DNA of 64,000 nucleotides from Chloroflexota bacterium. GTDB taxonomy: Bacteria > Chloroflexota > Dehalococcoidia > UBA2979. The stretch spans positions 433 through 64,432 of the forward strand of contig JAQBZW010000001.1 in assembly GCA_027622315.1 (NCBI GenBank). The letters are read 5' to 3'. The notes under the pieces are model-generated. The model was given only the letters and a program-made list of their open reading frames with translations, was not told where the DNA came from and did no database searches. A program made the position numbers and the translations under genes. The stretch's first letter is position 1. Each line of letters begins with the position of its first letter. Of this stretch, positions 50,977 to 59,566 are shown piece after piece.

Positions 50977-51882
50977 TCATGTCGCGCGAGCGTGCCCCTC
51001 GACCTTGCGCCGCGACTGCTGGCGTCGCCTCAGCTCACCCGCGCGACGGAGCAACTCGCGGTTCGTGTCGTCGACCCGCATGTAGTTGTCTCGCCACCAC
51101 GCGGAGTCGTCCCAGGTGAACGGCGTCTGCACCGTGGTCCGCGGGAAGCGTGCGCTTTCGAGCACATCGAAGCCGTACGCGACGATCGCGCGCTGCATCT
51201 CGCTGTCGTATGGCTTGCCCGTCGGGTTGCCGAGCGGGAAGTCCGTGAAGACGAAGCGCGCCACGCCGCACTGCTCCACGATGTCGCGCGCCGAGCCCAG
51301 GATCACCGTGGGGATGCCGTTCGCCTCGAGGTGCCGCGAAACCAGACTCACGGTCTGGTGGCAGACCGGTCAGAGGGGCACCAGCATCGCGATATCGACG
51401 CCGTCCTCGCGACACCAGTCGAGCACTCGCGGCGCGTCCAGTTCGACGGTGCGCCGCTGGCTGTAGTCGGTCGGCACGCCGTAGAAGCGAGGCGAGAGCT
51501 CCGCGATGCGCCCGTCGGCAACGAACTCCTGCAGGCGATGGATTGGGAAGAACGAGTCGAGATCCTCGGTGTGCGTGGCGTCCTTGTCCCACGATCGGTG
51601 CTGGGTGTAGAGGCGCGCAGGCGGCGGCTCGACCGGCGACGCGTATGGCTCACCCGCGGGCACGCGGTCGGGGTCGGGGTCCGTGTCGCCTTCGATCAGC
51701 GACGCGGTGGTGATCAGCGCCACCCGGCTCTCCGCGAGCGGTTTCGCCAGCGGCGCCCACGGCGCGTCCTCGTGGTGGGCCCAGCGGTACGGGTTCCCGT
51801 AGCCGTGGGCGAGGTAGTACTCGCGCGACTTATCGATATAGCTGACGAACATGCGATGCGCCGGGTCGTGGACATCGTCCAT
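50977..51882 (-). CDS. GrdB/PrdB-family (glycine/betaine/D-proline reductase component B-like) selenoprotein; in-frame TGA at 51370-51372 read as selenocysteine
   Basis: Track ORFs 51370..51981 and 50977..51351 are in the same frame, separated by one TGA. The joined product reads ...RLQEFVADGRIAELSPRFYGV...GVDIAMLVPL-U-PVCHQTVSLVSRHLEANGIPTVILGSARDIV..., which parallels PrdB ...DLVVMTAG-U-GTCHRSAVIVQRAIEEAGIPTIII. The start (ATG 51882) follows GAGGAGGG (4 nt). A stem-loop begins 2 nt after the TGA. Confidence 0.65.
51330..51369 (-). other. candidate bacterial SECIS-like stem-loop immediately 3' of the in-frame UGA
   Basis: The mRNA reads UGA-CC-GGUCUG-CCAC-CAGACC-GUGAGUCUGG... with overlapping alternative hairpins (GGUCUG/CAGACC and CCAGAC/GUCUGG). 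Confidence 0.4.
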
Positions 51883-52047
51883 GGAAGCCCTCCTCGGAAC
51901 GAGGAGCCCACTAGAGCACACGCACACTCCGCACGAACAGAGACGATGGGCCCGTGACCACGACCAGCGCGGGCGCCGCACGTCCGGCGCTGCGCCACGG
52001 GTGTTCGCGAGGTGCAGGCATCGGCCGACGATGCGTGTCCGGACGGC

Positions 52048-53985
52048 TCACGCGGCGACCGTCCGTCCCTCGTCCGTGAGCTCGCCCAGTGCCAGCCGAG
52101 CGCGCAGCCGGGGCATCGCGAGTTCGACCGCCAGGCGGCCGGCTTCGATGAACTCGTCCGCCCGGTGCCAGTCCCGCAGACCTGTCGATCCGTGAAACAC
52201 GGGCTCGAGACTCACGTCTGCGCGCGATGCGCCTTCCGAGGTGATCTTCCACTGCATCACGTCGAACGCCCGCATCACGGTGTCGACAATCGGTGGCGAG
52301 AGGCGGGCCCGCCAGCCGGTGCGTCGCTCCGCGCGCGCGGCCGGCGGCGAGAGCATGACGCCGATCACGATGTCGGCGCCGTCCGCCGCCACGGTGTTCG
52401 TCGGCACCGGGTTCAACACGGCGCCGTCGACGAGGCGACGGCCATCGAACTCAACCGGCGGATAGACCGCCGGGATAGCGATGCTGGCGAGGATGGCGTC
52501 CGTCAGTGGTCCCTTGCGGAACACGTACTCCTCGCGACGGTCGAGATCGGCCGCAACGATCGAGAGCGGGAGCCGCAGGCTGCCGAACGTACGTCCCTGG
52601 GAGAGCCGTTCGAAGCCGCCCCGCAACGCCCCGGCGCTCCACATCGAGTGCCACGGCAGGCGCGGCCTCGCCAGCTCACGGAAGATCCGGTCCATATGTC
52701 CGCGCATCTCGTCGACGGACATGCCGAGCGCCGCGCCGCTGGCGAGCGGCGCGCCGATGCTGCTGCCGGCCAGGTAGTCGACGGTGATCCCGTGCTCCTC
52801 GAGACCGGCGAGCACGCCCAGGTGCGCGTAGCCCTTCGCCCCCCCGGCCCCGAGCGCGAGCCCGACCTTGCGCTGCAGGAAGTGGCGCGCGAGCCAGTCG
52901 ATCGACTGGCCCGGTTCACCGGCGGTCTCCGCGCTGCGGAAGAGCGGCATCGGCCCGCCGGGGATCACGCGGAGCACGCGCGCGCGGCAGTGCTCGCTCA
53001 GCCGGCCGCGCTCCGCTTCGTTGTCCACGGAGCCACTCTCGGAGAGCACCACCACGTCACGCTCCGCGGGCAGACGGTTACGTCGGACCACGTCGAGCTG
53101 GCGGTCGAAGCCGATCGCGATCATGGTGTCCGCGACGGCGACGAGCGTCGGGCGCGTCTGTGACGTCATCGGCACGTGCGCGATCACGAGCGGGTAACGA
53201 CCGGCGAGCTCGTTCAGCAGATCGATCACCACCGTGCGGTTCAGCTCCCGCCCTTCGCCGTGCCGGACCACGCCGACGCGCGCACCGATTCCGGTCGCGA
53301 ACGCATCGTGCACGGCGAACTGCGCCGGTTGCGCGAGCAGCTCGCGCAGGCTCGGCAGCTCGTGCGCGTACGTCGGCACCACGGTCGCCTCGGTGAGGTC
53401 CACCAGCAGCACCGGCCGCTCGAGCGTGCGCGCTGCCGAGAGCGCCGTACGCGCCAGCAGCGCGACCGCCCAACCGGGGTCGCCAAAGCTCCCCGCTCCG
53501 ACCATCCGGCCGCGTGCGTGCATGCGCTTCAGACGACGGTTCGTGTCGCTCAGCCGGGATGCGATCTTCGAGGCGAGCTCGCGCATCATCCGCGGCGATC
53601 GCTCAGCGACCTCGGCGAGCACGACGTGCGGCACCTCCCACACGATCGCGTCGTCGAGCGCCTCGACACGAGCGCCGGAGTGCTCGTGGCGGATCAGCGA
53701 CAGCTCGCCGCAATAGTCGCCGGGCCCGAGCCGTGCGACCTCGATCGCCTCGCCGCGCTCGTCCGGGATGGCGACGCCCAGCAGTCCGCTCTCCACGATG
53801 TAGACGCTGTCGATCGCCACGCCAACGCCGGCGACGAGATCGCCCACGCGGAACACGCGACGGTGCGAGCTCGCGGCGAGCAGGTCACGGCCCGCGGGGT
53901 CGATGCCCGCGAACAGCTCGACTTCGGAGGCGACGCTCCAGAAGTCAGGGTCGGATGGCGATGAGTCGTTCACAACACTCAGCAT
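52048..53985 (-). CDS. cyclic-nucleotide-binding domain protein fused to a patatin-like phospholipase
   Basis: The N-terminal part, FAGIDPAGRDLL...RVGDLVAGVGVAIDSVYIVESG...GPGDYCGELSLI, is a cNMP-binding fold. GLALGAGGAKGYAHLGVLAGL...YLAGSSIGAPLA carries the patatin GxGxxG and GxSxG motifs. Confidence 0.8.
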   Translation of the reverse strand: MLSVVNDSSPSDPDFWSVASEVELFAGIDPAGRDLLAASSHRRVFRVGDLVAGVGVAIDSVYIVESGLLGVAIPDERGEAIEVARLGPGDYCGELSLIRHEHSGARVEALDDAIVWEVPHVVLAEVAERSPRMMRELASKIASRLSDTNRRLKRMHARGRMVGAGSFGDPGWAVALLARTALSAARTLERPVLLVDLTEATVVPTYAHELPSLRELLAQPAQFAVHDAFATGIGARVGVVRHGEGRELNRTVVIDLLNELAGRYPLVIAHVPMTSQTRPTLVAVADTMIAIGFDRQLDVVRRNRLPAERDVVVLSESGSVDNEAERGRLSEHCRARVLRVIPGGPMPLFRSAETAGEPGQSIDWLARHFLQRKVGLALGAGGAKGYAHLGVLAGLEEHGITVDYLAGSSIGAPLASGAALGMSVDEMRGHMDRIFRELARPRLPWHSMWSAGALRGGFERLSQGRTFGSLRLPLSIVAADLDRREEYVFRKGPLTDAILASIAIPAVYPPVEFDGRRLVDGAVLNPVPTNTVAADGADIVIGVMLSPPAARAERRTGWRARLSPPIVDTVMRAFDVMQWKITSEGASRADVSLEPVFHGSTGLRDWHRADEFIEAGRLAVELAMPRLRARLALGELTDEGRTVAA

Positions 53986-54120
53986 GACGGACGCGACTCC
54001 CCCTGCGAATCGGGAGCGGTCCCTACGGAGACTCCCTCAGCCCGGTCACCGGGAAGCCCGCGACGTGGCGGCGCCCGCTAGAGTCCGTCCCTCGACGCGA
54101 GCGGTGCGAAGGGAGCGAGC

Positions 54121-54921
54121 GTGGATCTCCAGCTGACGGGCAAGGTGGCAATCGTCACGGGCGGCAGCCGTGGCATCGGCAAGGCGATCGCGCGCGAACT
54201 CGCGCGGGAGGGCGCCGACGTGGCGATCGCGGCGCGTGGGGCCGATGCGCTCGCCGCCACGGCCGCCGAGCTCGCGGCCGCGAGCGGACGGCGCGTGGAG
54301 CCCTTCACGGTCGACACCGGCGACGACGCGTCCGTACGCGCGATGGTCGCCGCCGTGGAGGCGGCATTCGGACGCATCGACATCCTGGTGAACGCCGCAG
54401 CGAAGGCGGGCGGCCAGGCGCCCGTGCCACGGCTCGAGGAGATCACCGAAGCCCACTTCTGGGACGACATGAACGTCAAAGTGCTCGGCTACCTGCGGTG
54501 CGCGCGCGAGGTCGCCCCGGTGATGAAGCGGCAGGGCTGGGGCCGGATCGTGAACATCAGCGGCCTGGCGGCCCGGCAGTCGGGCTCGACCATCGGCAGC
54601 GTGCGCAACGTGGCCGTCGCCGCGCTGACGAAGAACCTCGCCGACGAGCTCGGACCGCACGGGATCAACGTGACGGTGGTGCACCCCGGCCTCACGCGCA
54701 CGGAGGCGACACCGGGCGTGGTCGCGGCACGCGCACAGGCCGAGTCCATCACGCCGGAGGAGGCGGAGCAGCGCATGGCCTCCGGCAACAGCATCCGCCA
54801 CCTGGTGGACGCGACGGAGGTGGCCTACGTGGTCGCCTTCCTCGCCTCACCGCTGTCGATCGCGATCAACGGCGACACGATCGCCGTTGGGGGCGGCGCG
54901 CCGCGAGCGATCCACTACTAG
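54121..54921 (+). CDS. SDR-family oxidoreductase
   Basis: A GTG start follows AAGGGAG. LTGKVAIVTGGSRGIGKAIA... and NAAA/YxxxK-like motifs are present. Confidence 0.8.
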   Translation: MDLQLTGKVAIVTGGSRGIGKAIARELAREGADVAIAARGADALAATAAELAAASGRRVEPFTVDTGDDASVRAMVAAVEAAFGRIDILVNAAAKAGGQAPVPRLEEITEAHFWDDMNVKVLGYLRCAREVAPVMKRQGWGRIVNISGLAARQSGSTIGSVRNVAVAALTKNLADELGPHGINVTVVHPGLTRTEATPGVVAARAQAESITPEEAEQRMASGNSIRHLVDATEVAYVVAFLASPLSIAINGDTIAVGGGAPRAIHY

Positions 54922-54942
54922 GCGGACCGGTACGCTCGCGCC

Positions 54943-55494
54943 ATGGTCGAGCCACGAGCCCGCGACCCGCTGTCGTACTTCTGGTCCCCGCTGTGCGCCG
55001 TCGGGTCGCACGGCGAATGGCCGAACGCGCAGATCTGCGTTTCCGTCTTCGGCGCGTCGATCGTGCCGGAGCGACCGCGACTGTTGATCGGGTTGTGGAA
55101 GGAGAACTTCACGCACGATCTGGTGGCCACCAGCGGCACGCTCGCCGTCACGCTGCTGGGACAGGCGCAGAGCGGCCTGATCGGGCCGCTCGGGCTGGGC
55201 AGCGGGCGTGCCGGCAACAAGCTCGCCGGGCCCGACCATGAGCTGACGGCGGCCGGCGATCCGTACTTCACCGGCGGCACCGGCTACATCGACGCCGAAG
55301 TGCTCAACGCCTTCGACTGGGGAGACGCCACCGGTTACCTCGTCGCCGTCCGTCACCGCGAGCGGATGAGCGGCGACGAGCCGCTGACGTGGCCGGACGC
55401 TCGACCGCTGTTGCCGGCGAGCCTGCTCCAGCGCTGGGACGAGAAGAGCCGGCGCGACCAGGCCGCCGCGCGGGCGGTCATGCGCTGGTTGTGA
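54943..55494 (+). CDS. flavin reductase-like (FMN-binding split-barrel) domain protein
   Basis: ...VSVFGASIVPERPRLLIGLWKENFTHDLVATSGTLAVTLL... fits the flavin reductase family fold. Confidence 0.7.
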   Translation: MVEPRARDPLSYFWSPLCAVGSHGEWPNAQICVSVFGASIVPERPRLLIGLWKENFTHDLVATSGTLAVTLLGQAQSGLIGPLGLGSGRAGNKLAGPDHELTAAGDPYFTGGTGYIDAEVLNAFDWGDATGYLVAVRHRERMSGDEPLTWPDARPLLPASLLQRWDEKSRRDQAAARAVMRWL

Positions 55495-55500
55495 GCGCGC

Positions 55501-56883
55501 TCAGTCTGCGAGACCCGCGCGCGACGCAGCCTCTTCCGCCTCGGCGCTGTCGGCCACCAGGCCCGCGCCAACCGTGACCGCGTACGGCTCCACCCGCTCG
55601 ATGCTCCGCAGCGCGGGCGGGAGTCGCCGCAGCTGATCGCTGGCGTACTCGCGAATCGCGGCGAGGGACCGTGTCTCGTCCGGCAGCCGGCGCCCGTCGC
55701 GCATCACCGACCGGAGCAGCGGCTCACCATCGATCGCCTCGCCCTCGCGAGCGATCACATCGCGATCCGCAACGCCGTCGACGAAGCGGCGGAAGACCTG
55801 CTTCCGTCCCGGCATGGTCAGCTTGTTCGGGGAGAGCTTCACCCGCCCGACCCCCGCGTAGGCGGTCAGCTTGTACACGCTGTCGAGCGTCGGCGCGTCC
55901 GCGGACGTGCTCACGCGCGTGCCCACCGCATAGGCGCTGATCGGCGCGCCGGCGTGCTCGAGCGCGGCGATCGCGTGCTCATCCAGCCCACCGCTCACGA
56001 CAATGCCCACGTCGGGGAGACCGGCCTCGTCCAGGATCGCGCGCGCGCGTCGCGAGAGCGCGTCGAGATCGCCCGAGTCAAGACGCACCGCGCTGAGGTC
56101 CACCCCAGCGTCCGGACCGGTCGCCAGCGCGACGGCGCGCCGCACGCCCTGCTCCGTGTCGTACGTGTCCACAAGCAAGACGGTCCCGCGGTACTGCGCC
56201 GCGAACGCGGCGAACGCTTCGCGCTCGCTCGCGTGTGCCTGCACGTAGCTGTGTGCCATCGTGCCGGTCATGGCCAGACCGTAGCGTCGCCCCGCCTCCA
56301 CGTTCGACGTCGCATTGAAGCCCACGATGTGGAGCGCACGTGCCGCCTTCAGCGCCGCGTCGGTTCCGTGAGCACGCCGCGTGCCGAAATCGATCACGGG
56401 CTTGCCCCGGGCCGCGAGCACGGAGCGCGCGCCCTTCGACGCGATCAGCGTCTGGAATGTGACCTGGTTCAGGAGGTACGTCTCGACCACCTGTGCCTCG
56501 CCGATCGGCGCCTCGATCTCGAGCAGCGGCTCGCCCGCGAAGACCGGGGTGCCCTCGGGCACTGCATAGACGTCTCCGGTGAAGCGAAAGTCGGCGAGCG
56601 CGTCGACAAACTCGTTCGAGAACTGCGGCATCATGCGCAGGTAGCCGCGCGCGGTCGGCCCGAAGCGCAGCACCTCGAGGTACGCGAGCGCATCTTCGAG
56701 CCCGGCGGCGATCAGGTAGTTACGTTCCGCGGGCAGCGTGCGCACGAACAGCGAGAAGACGGCGCGCGCGGCCATGCCCTCGGCCTCGTAGGACTGGAGC
56801 ATCGTGAGCTGATACAGGTCGGTGAAGAGCGCCGGCTCGAACGCCCCAAACGCATCGTCCGAGTCGTGGGGTGGTTCGCTCAC
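55501..56883 (-). CDS. pncB: nicotinate phosphoribosyltransferase
   Basis: FTDLYQLTMLQSY...DFGTRRAHG...SGGLDE is an NAPRTase signature. Confidence 0.85.
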   Translation of the reverse strand: MSEPPHDSDDAFGAFEPALFTDLYQLTMLQSYEAEGMAARAVFSLFVRTLPAERNYLIAAGLEDALAYLEVLRFGPTARGYLRMMPQFSNEFVDALADFRFTGDVYAVPEGTPVFAGEPLLEIEAPIGEAQVVETYLLNQVTFQTLIASKGARSVLAARGKPVIDFGTRRAHGTDAALKAARALHIVGFNATSNVEAGRRYGLAMTGTMAHSYVQAHASEREAFAAFAAQYRGTVLLVDTYDTEQGVRRAVALATGPDAGVDLSAVRLDSGDLDALSRRARAILDEAGLPDVGIVVSGGLDEHAIAALEHAGAPISAYAVGTRVSTSADAPTLDSVYKLTAYAGVGRVKLSPNKLTMPGRKQVFRRFVDGVADRDVIAREGEAIDGEPLLRSVMRDGRRLPDETRSLAAIREYASDQLRRLPPALRSIERVEPYAVTVGAGLVADSAEAEEAASRAGLAD

Positions 56884-57473
56884 GCGATGGTGGCGCCGGC
56901 CAGCGTCAGGGTCTGGAACGCGCGCTCCGTGTCACCCGGGGCGAGATCGACGCCCCGCGTGAGGTCGCGTGGCACGAGCGTGGCGAAGCCGCGCGCCCGT
57001 GCGTCGAGTGCGGTGTCCTTCACGCACACGTCCGCCGCCAACCCGACGACGACGACACGCTCGATGCCGCGTGATCGCAGCATCGGTTCGAGCGCGGTCG
57101 GCACTTCGTGTCCGGTGGCCGCGTCGCGCATCGTGAAGCCGGAGTACCCGTCCTCGCCCGCCACGCCCTTGCGGACGATCTCACCGGCGACCGTCAGCTC
57201 GCGGTGCAACTCCGCGCCCCAGGTGTCGTGCACGCAGTGCACGGGCCAGATGCCGCCGTCCTTCGCGAAGTGCGGGGTGGAGGGCGGGTGCCAGTCCTGC
57301 GTGTACACGACGAGCGCGCCGGCAGCAGACGCGCGCTCCACCTCGTCGTTGATCCCGGCGATAATCACTTCTCCGCCGCTCACATAGAGCCCGCCAGAGG
57401 GATCCGCGAAGTCGTTCTGGACATCGACGATCACGAGCGCCGTACGCGCGTCGCACTCGATCACCGCCGTCAC
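56880..57473 (-). CDS. pncA: nicotinamidase/isochorismatase-family hydrolase (PncA-like)
   Basis: TALVIVDVQNDF...VVYTQDWHPP...VVVVGLAADVCVKDTALDA (catalytic Cys). The GTG start is chosen to avoid overlapping the YHS gene; ATG 57560 is the alternative. Confidence 0.7.
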   Translation of the reverse strand: MTAVIECDARTALVIVDVQNDFADPSGGLYVSGGEVIIAGINDEVERASAAGALVVYTQDWHPPSTPHFAKDGGIWPVHCVHDTWGAELHRELTVAGEIVRKGVAGEDGYSGFTMRDAATGHEVPTALEPMLRSRGIERVVVVGLAADVCVKDTALDARARGFATLVPRDLTRGVDLAPGDTERAFQTLTLAGATIA

Positions 57474-57493
57474 GCTCCGGCTCTGCCGGCCTG

Positions 57494-57697
57494 CTACATC
57501 TCCATCTTCTTGCGTCCGGAGAGGTAGCCCTCCGCATCTTCCTCGAACTCGGCGCGACATCCGTGGCCGCAGAAGTAGTAGGTCTGCCCCTCGTACTCAG
57601 AGCTGCCGCCACCCGGTGCGCGCTTGTTGACGTCCATCCCGCACACGGGATCGACGGCGGTCCCGCGCCTCATGAGATTCATCAACCAGCTGACCAT
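57494..57697 (-). CDS. YHS/TRASH-domain small metal-binding protein
   Basis: ...[36 protein letters not shown]... GAGGAGG lies 5 nt before the ATG. Confidence 0.6.
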   Translation of the reverse strand: MVSWLMNLMRRGTAVDPVCGMDVNKRAPGGGSSEYEGQTYYFCGHGCRAEFEEDAEGYLSGRKKMEM

Positions 57698-57774
57698 CGG
57701 TACCTCCTCGGTGGTCCGGCGCGAAACACCGGCTCACACGCAGTCTAGACGACGACTATGGCGTTGCCGCCGCG

Positions 57775-58305
57775 TCAGTCGCCCCCGCCGCGCACGAGGA
57801 TCACGCCCACGAGCAGCGCACCGGCGCCGGCCACGCGCAGCGCGCTCACTCGATGCACCGTGCCGCCGAACGCGCCGAGCTGATCCATGGTCAGGCCGCC
57901 GATCAGCTGGCCTGCGACGAGCGCGCTCACGAAGAGCGCGATCCCGAGTCTCGGCGCGAGTGCGCCCATGCCCACGATCATCACGAGCCCAAACAGGCCC
58001 GCCGCCGCGTAGTACAGATCGAGACCGCGCATCGTCACGATCAGCGCGACGCCGGCGCATACGGCGATGATGGCGTGAATCCACGCACGGTCGAGCGGCG
58101 ACGGCAGCAGCGGCGGCGCCCCGCGCAGCGCGCGCAGCCCGAAGAAGAGCGCGATGCCGGCGACCGTCGCCAGCAACGACATCCACGCGGCCTCAGTGGA
58201 CCCGCGTTGCCGCGCCACTGACCCGAGCATCGACGTCTGCACCGCGAAGCCGAGCCCAATCAGGAGCGCAACGCCAAGCGACAGCAGCTGCGCCATGCGG
58301 AGCAT
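57775..58305 (-). CDS. small multi-TM membrane protein (DUF606/DMT-like), hypothetical
   Basis: MLRMAQLLSLGVALLIGLGFAVQ... with about five hydrophobic helices. The start is chosen at the internal Met. Confidence 0.45.
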   Translation of the reverse strand: MLRMAQLLSLGVALLIGLGFAVQTSMLGSVARQRGSTEAAWMSLLATVAGIALFFGLRALRGAPPLLPSPLDRAWIHAIIAVCAGVALIVTMRGLDLYYAAAGLFGLVMIVGMGALAPRLGIALFVSALVAGQLIGGLTMDQLGAFGGTVHRVSALRVAGAGALLVGVILVRGGGD

Positions 58306-58477
58306 CCATTCGTTCCACGGCACTGAAGAGCGGCAGGTTAATGCCCGCCGGCGGCTGGGGCGCACAGGCTCGGAAGCCAGTGCCACGGCTCCACCCCGGC
58401 AGGTGGCCGGGCGAGTCGCACAGGCCCGTAGGCCTGTTCCACAGGTCTGACATCAGGCAGGTTCGCGAATGCTTGCG

Positions 58478-59404
58478 CTACTTGCGCGAGCCTGGGCCGA
58501 TGCCGCGCACCTTGGTCTCCACGCTGTAGACACTCGTCTGAGCGGTGAGGAAGAGTGTGGAGAACTTTGCTCCGCCGAACGCGATGTTTGCCGCGTGCTC
58601 GTCGCACTCGAACACGCCGAGCGGTTTGCCTTCGGCCGTGATCACCCACACACCGCCGGCGCCGGTGGTCCAGAGCCGCCCGTCCTCGTCGACCTTCATT
58701 CCGTCCGGCACGCCGGGACGCTCGTCGCCGCTCATGTCCACGAACACGTCGCCGCCGCGGAGCGATCCGTCCGGCTGCACGGTGTAGCGACGGATGATGC
58801 GGTCCTGCGAGTCGCCGATGTACAGCACGGACTCGTCCGGTGAGAACGCGAGGCCGTTCGGCTGAGTGAAGTCCTGGATGATCACGCCAAACGAGCCGTC
58901 CGGACCAGTGCGGTACACGCCCTGGTAGTGGAGCTCCTGCCGCGCGTGAGGTTCGCCCATCACCAGCTTCGCCCCGGGCCGGGGGAGGCCGTAGGTGGGG
59001 TCGGTGAAATAGATGGCGCCAGAGGAGTGCACCACGATGTCGTTCGGGCTGTTCAGGCGCTTGCCGTCGTAGCGGTCGACGAGCACGGTCGGGGTCGCGC
59101 TCGGTCCGTCGGGCACATACGGCGAGCGCGAGACGCGGCGGCCGCCGTGCTCGCACGCGAGGATGGTGCCGCGGGCGTCGATCGCCAGGCCGTTCGCGAA
59201 GCCGCTCGGCTCGCGGTAGACCTCTGCCGCCTTCATGCCGGGACGCCAGCGATGTGTGCGGTTGCCGGGGATATCGCTGAACAGCAGGGCGTTGTCCGAC
59301 GCGATCCAGAGCGGCCCCTCCGTGAAGGTGAAGCCGGTGCAGAGCTTCTTCTCGTCTTTCGACGTGAGGAGCGCCGACAGTCCATCATCGTTCTCAATGC
59401 GCAT
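58478..59404 (-). CDS. SMP-30/gluconolactonase/LRE-family beta-propeller hydrolase
   Basis: ...FTEGPLWIASDNALLFSDIPGNR...NSPNDIVVHSSGAIYFTDP...PNGLAFSPDESVLYIGDS... Confidence 0.8.
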   Translation of the reverse strand: MRIENDDGLSALLTSKDEKKLCTGFTFTEGPLWIASDNALLFSDIPGNRTHRWRPGMKAAEVYREPSGFANGLAIDARGTILACEHGGRRVSRSPYVPDGPSATPTVLVDRYDGKRLNSPNDIVVHSSGAIYFTDPTYGLPRPGAKLVMGEPHARQELHYQGVYRTGPDGSFGVIIQDFTQPNGLAFSPDESVLYIGDSQDRIIRRYTVQPDGSLRGGDVFVDMSGDERPGVPDGMKVDEDGRLWTTGAGGVWVITAEGKPLGVFECDEHAANIAFGGAKFSTLFLTAQTSVYSVETKVRGIGPGSRK

Positions 59405-59566
59405 GCCACAGCCTCTTCCGGCGTACGGATCGTGAGTGGTGCAGATCGTTTGGTGGCGGGATCTGTGCGCGGGGAGACGCGCCCACCTCTCCCACTCTCC
59501 GCCTGTTACGCGCTGAGCGCTATGCGTGGGCGCTGCAGACGGGCCTCGGATCAGGTGCGCGCGCGT

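Noticed and set aside
51370-51372. Reading the TGA as an ordinary stop (two separate genes or a pseudogene)
   Set aside because: Both halves are homologous to contiguous parts of PrdB/GrdB, and the TGA sits exactly at the family's Sec/Cys position in a U-x-x-C-H motif with a downstream hairpin. Pseudogene status cannot be fully excluded without sel genes.
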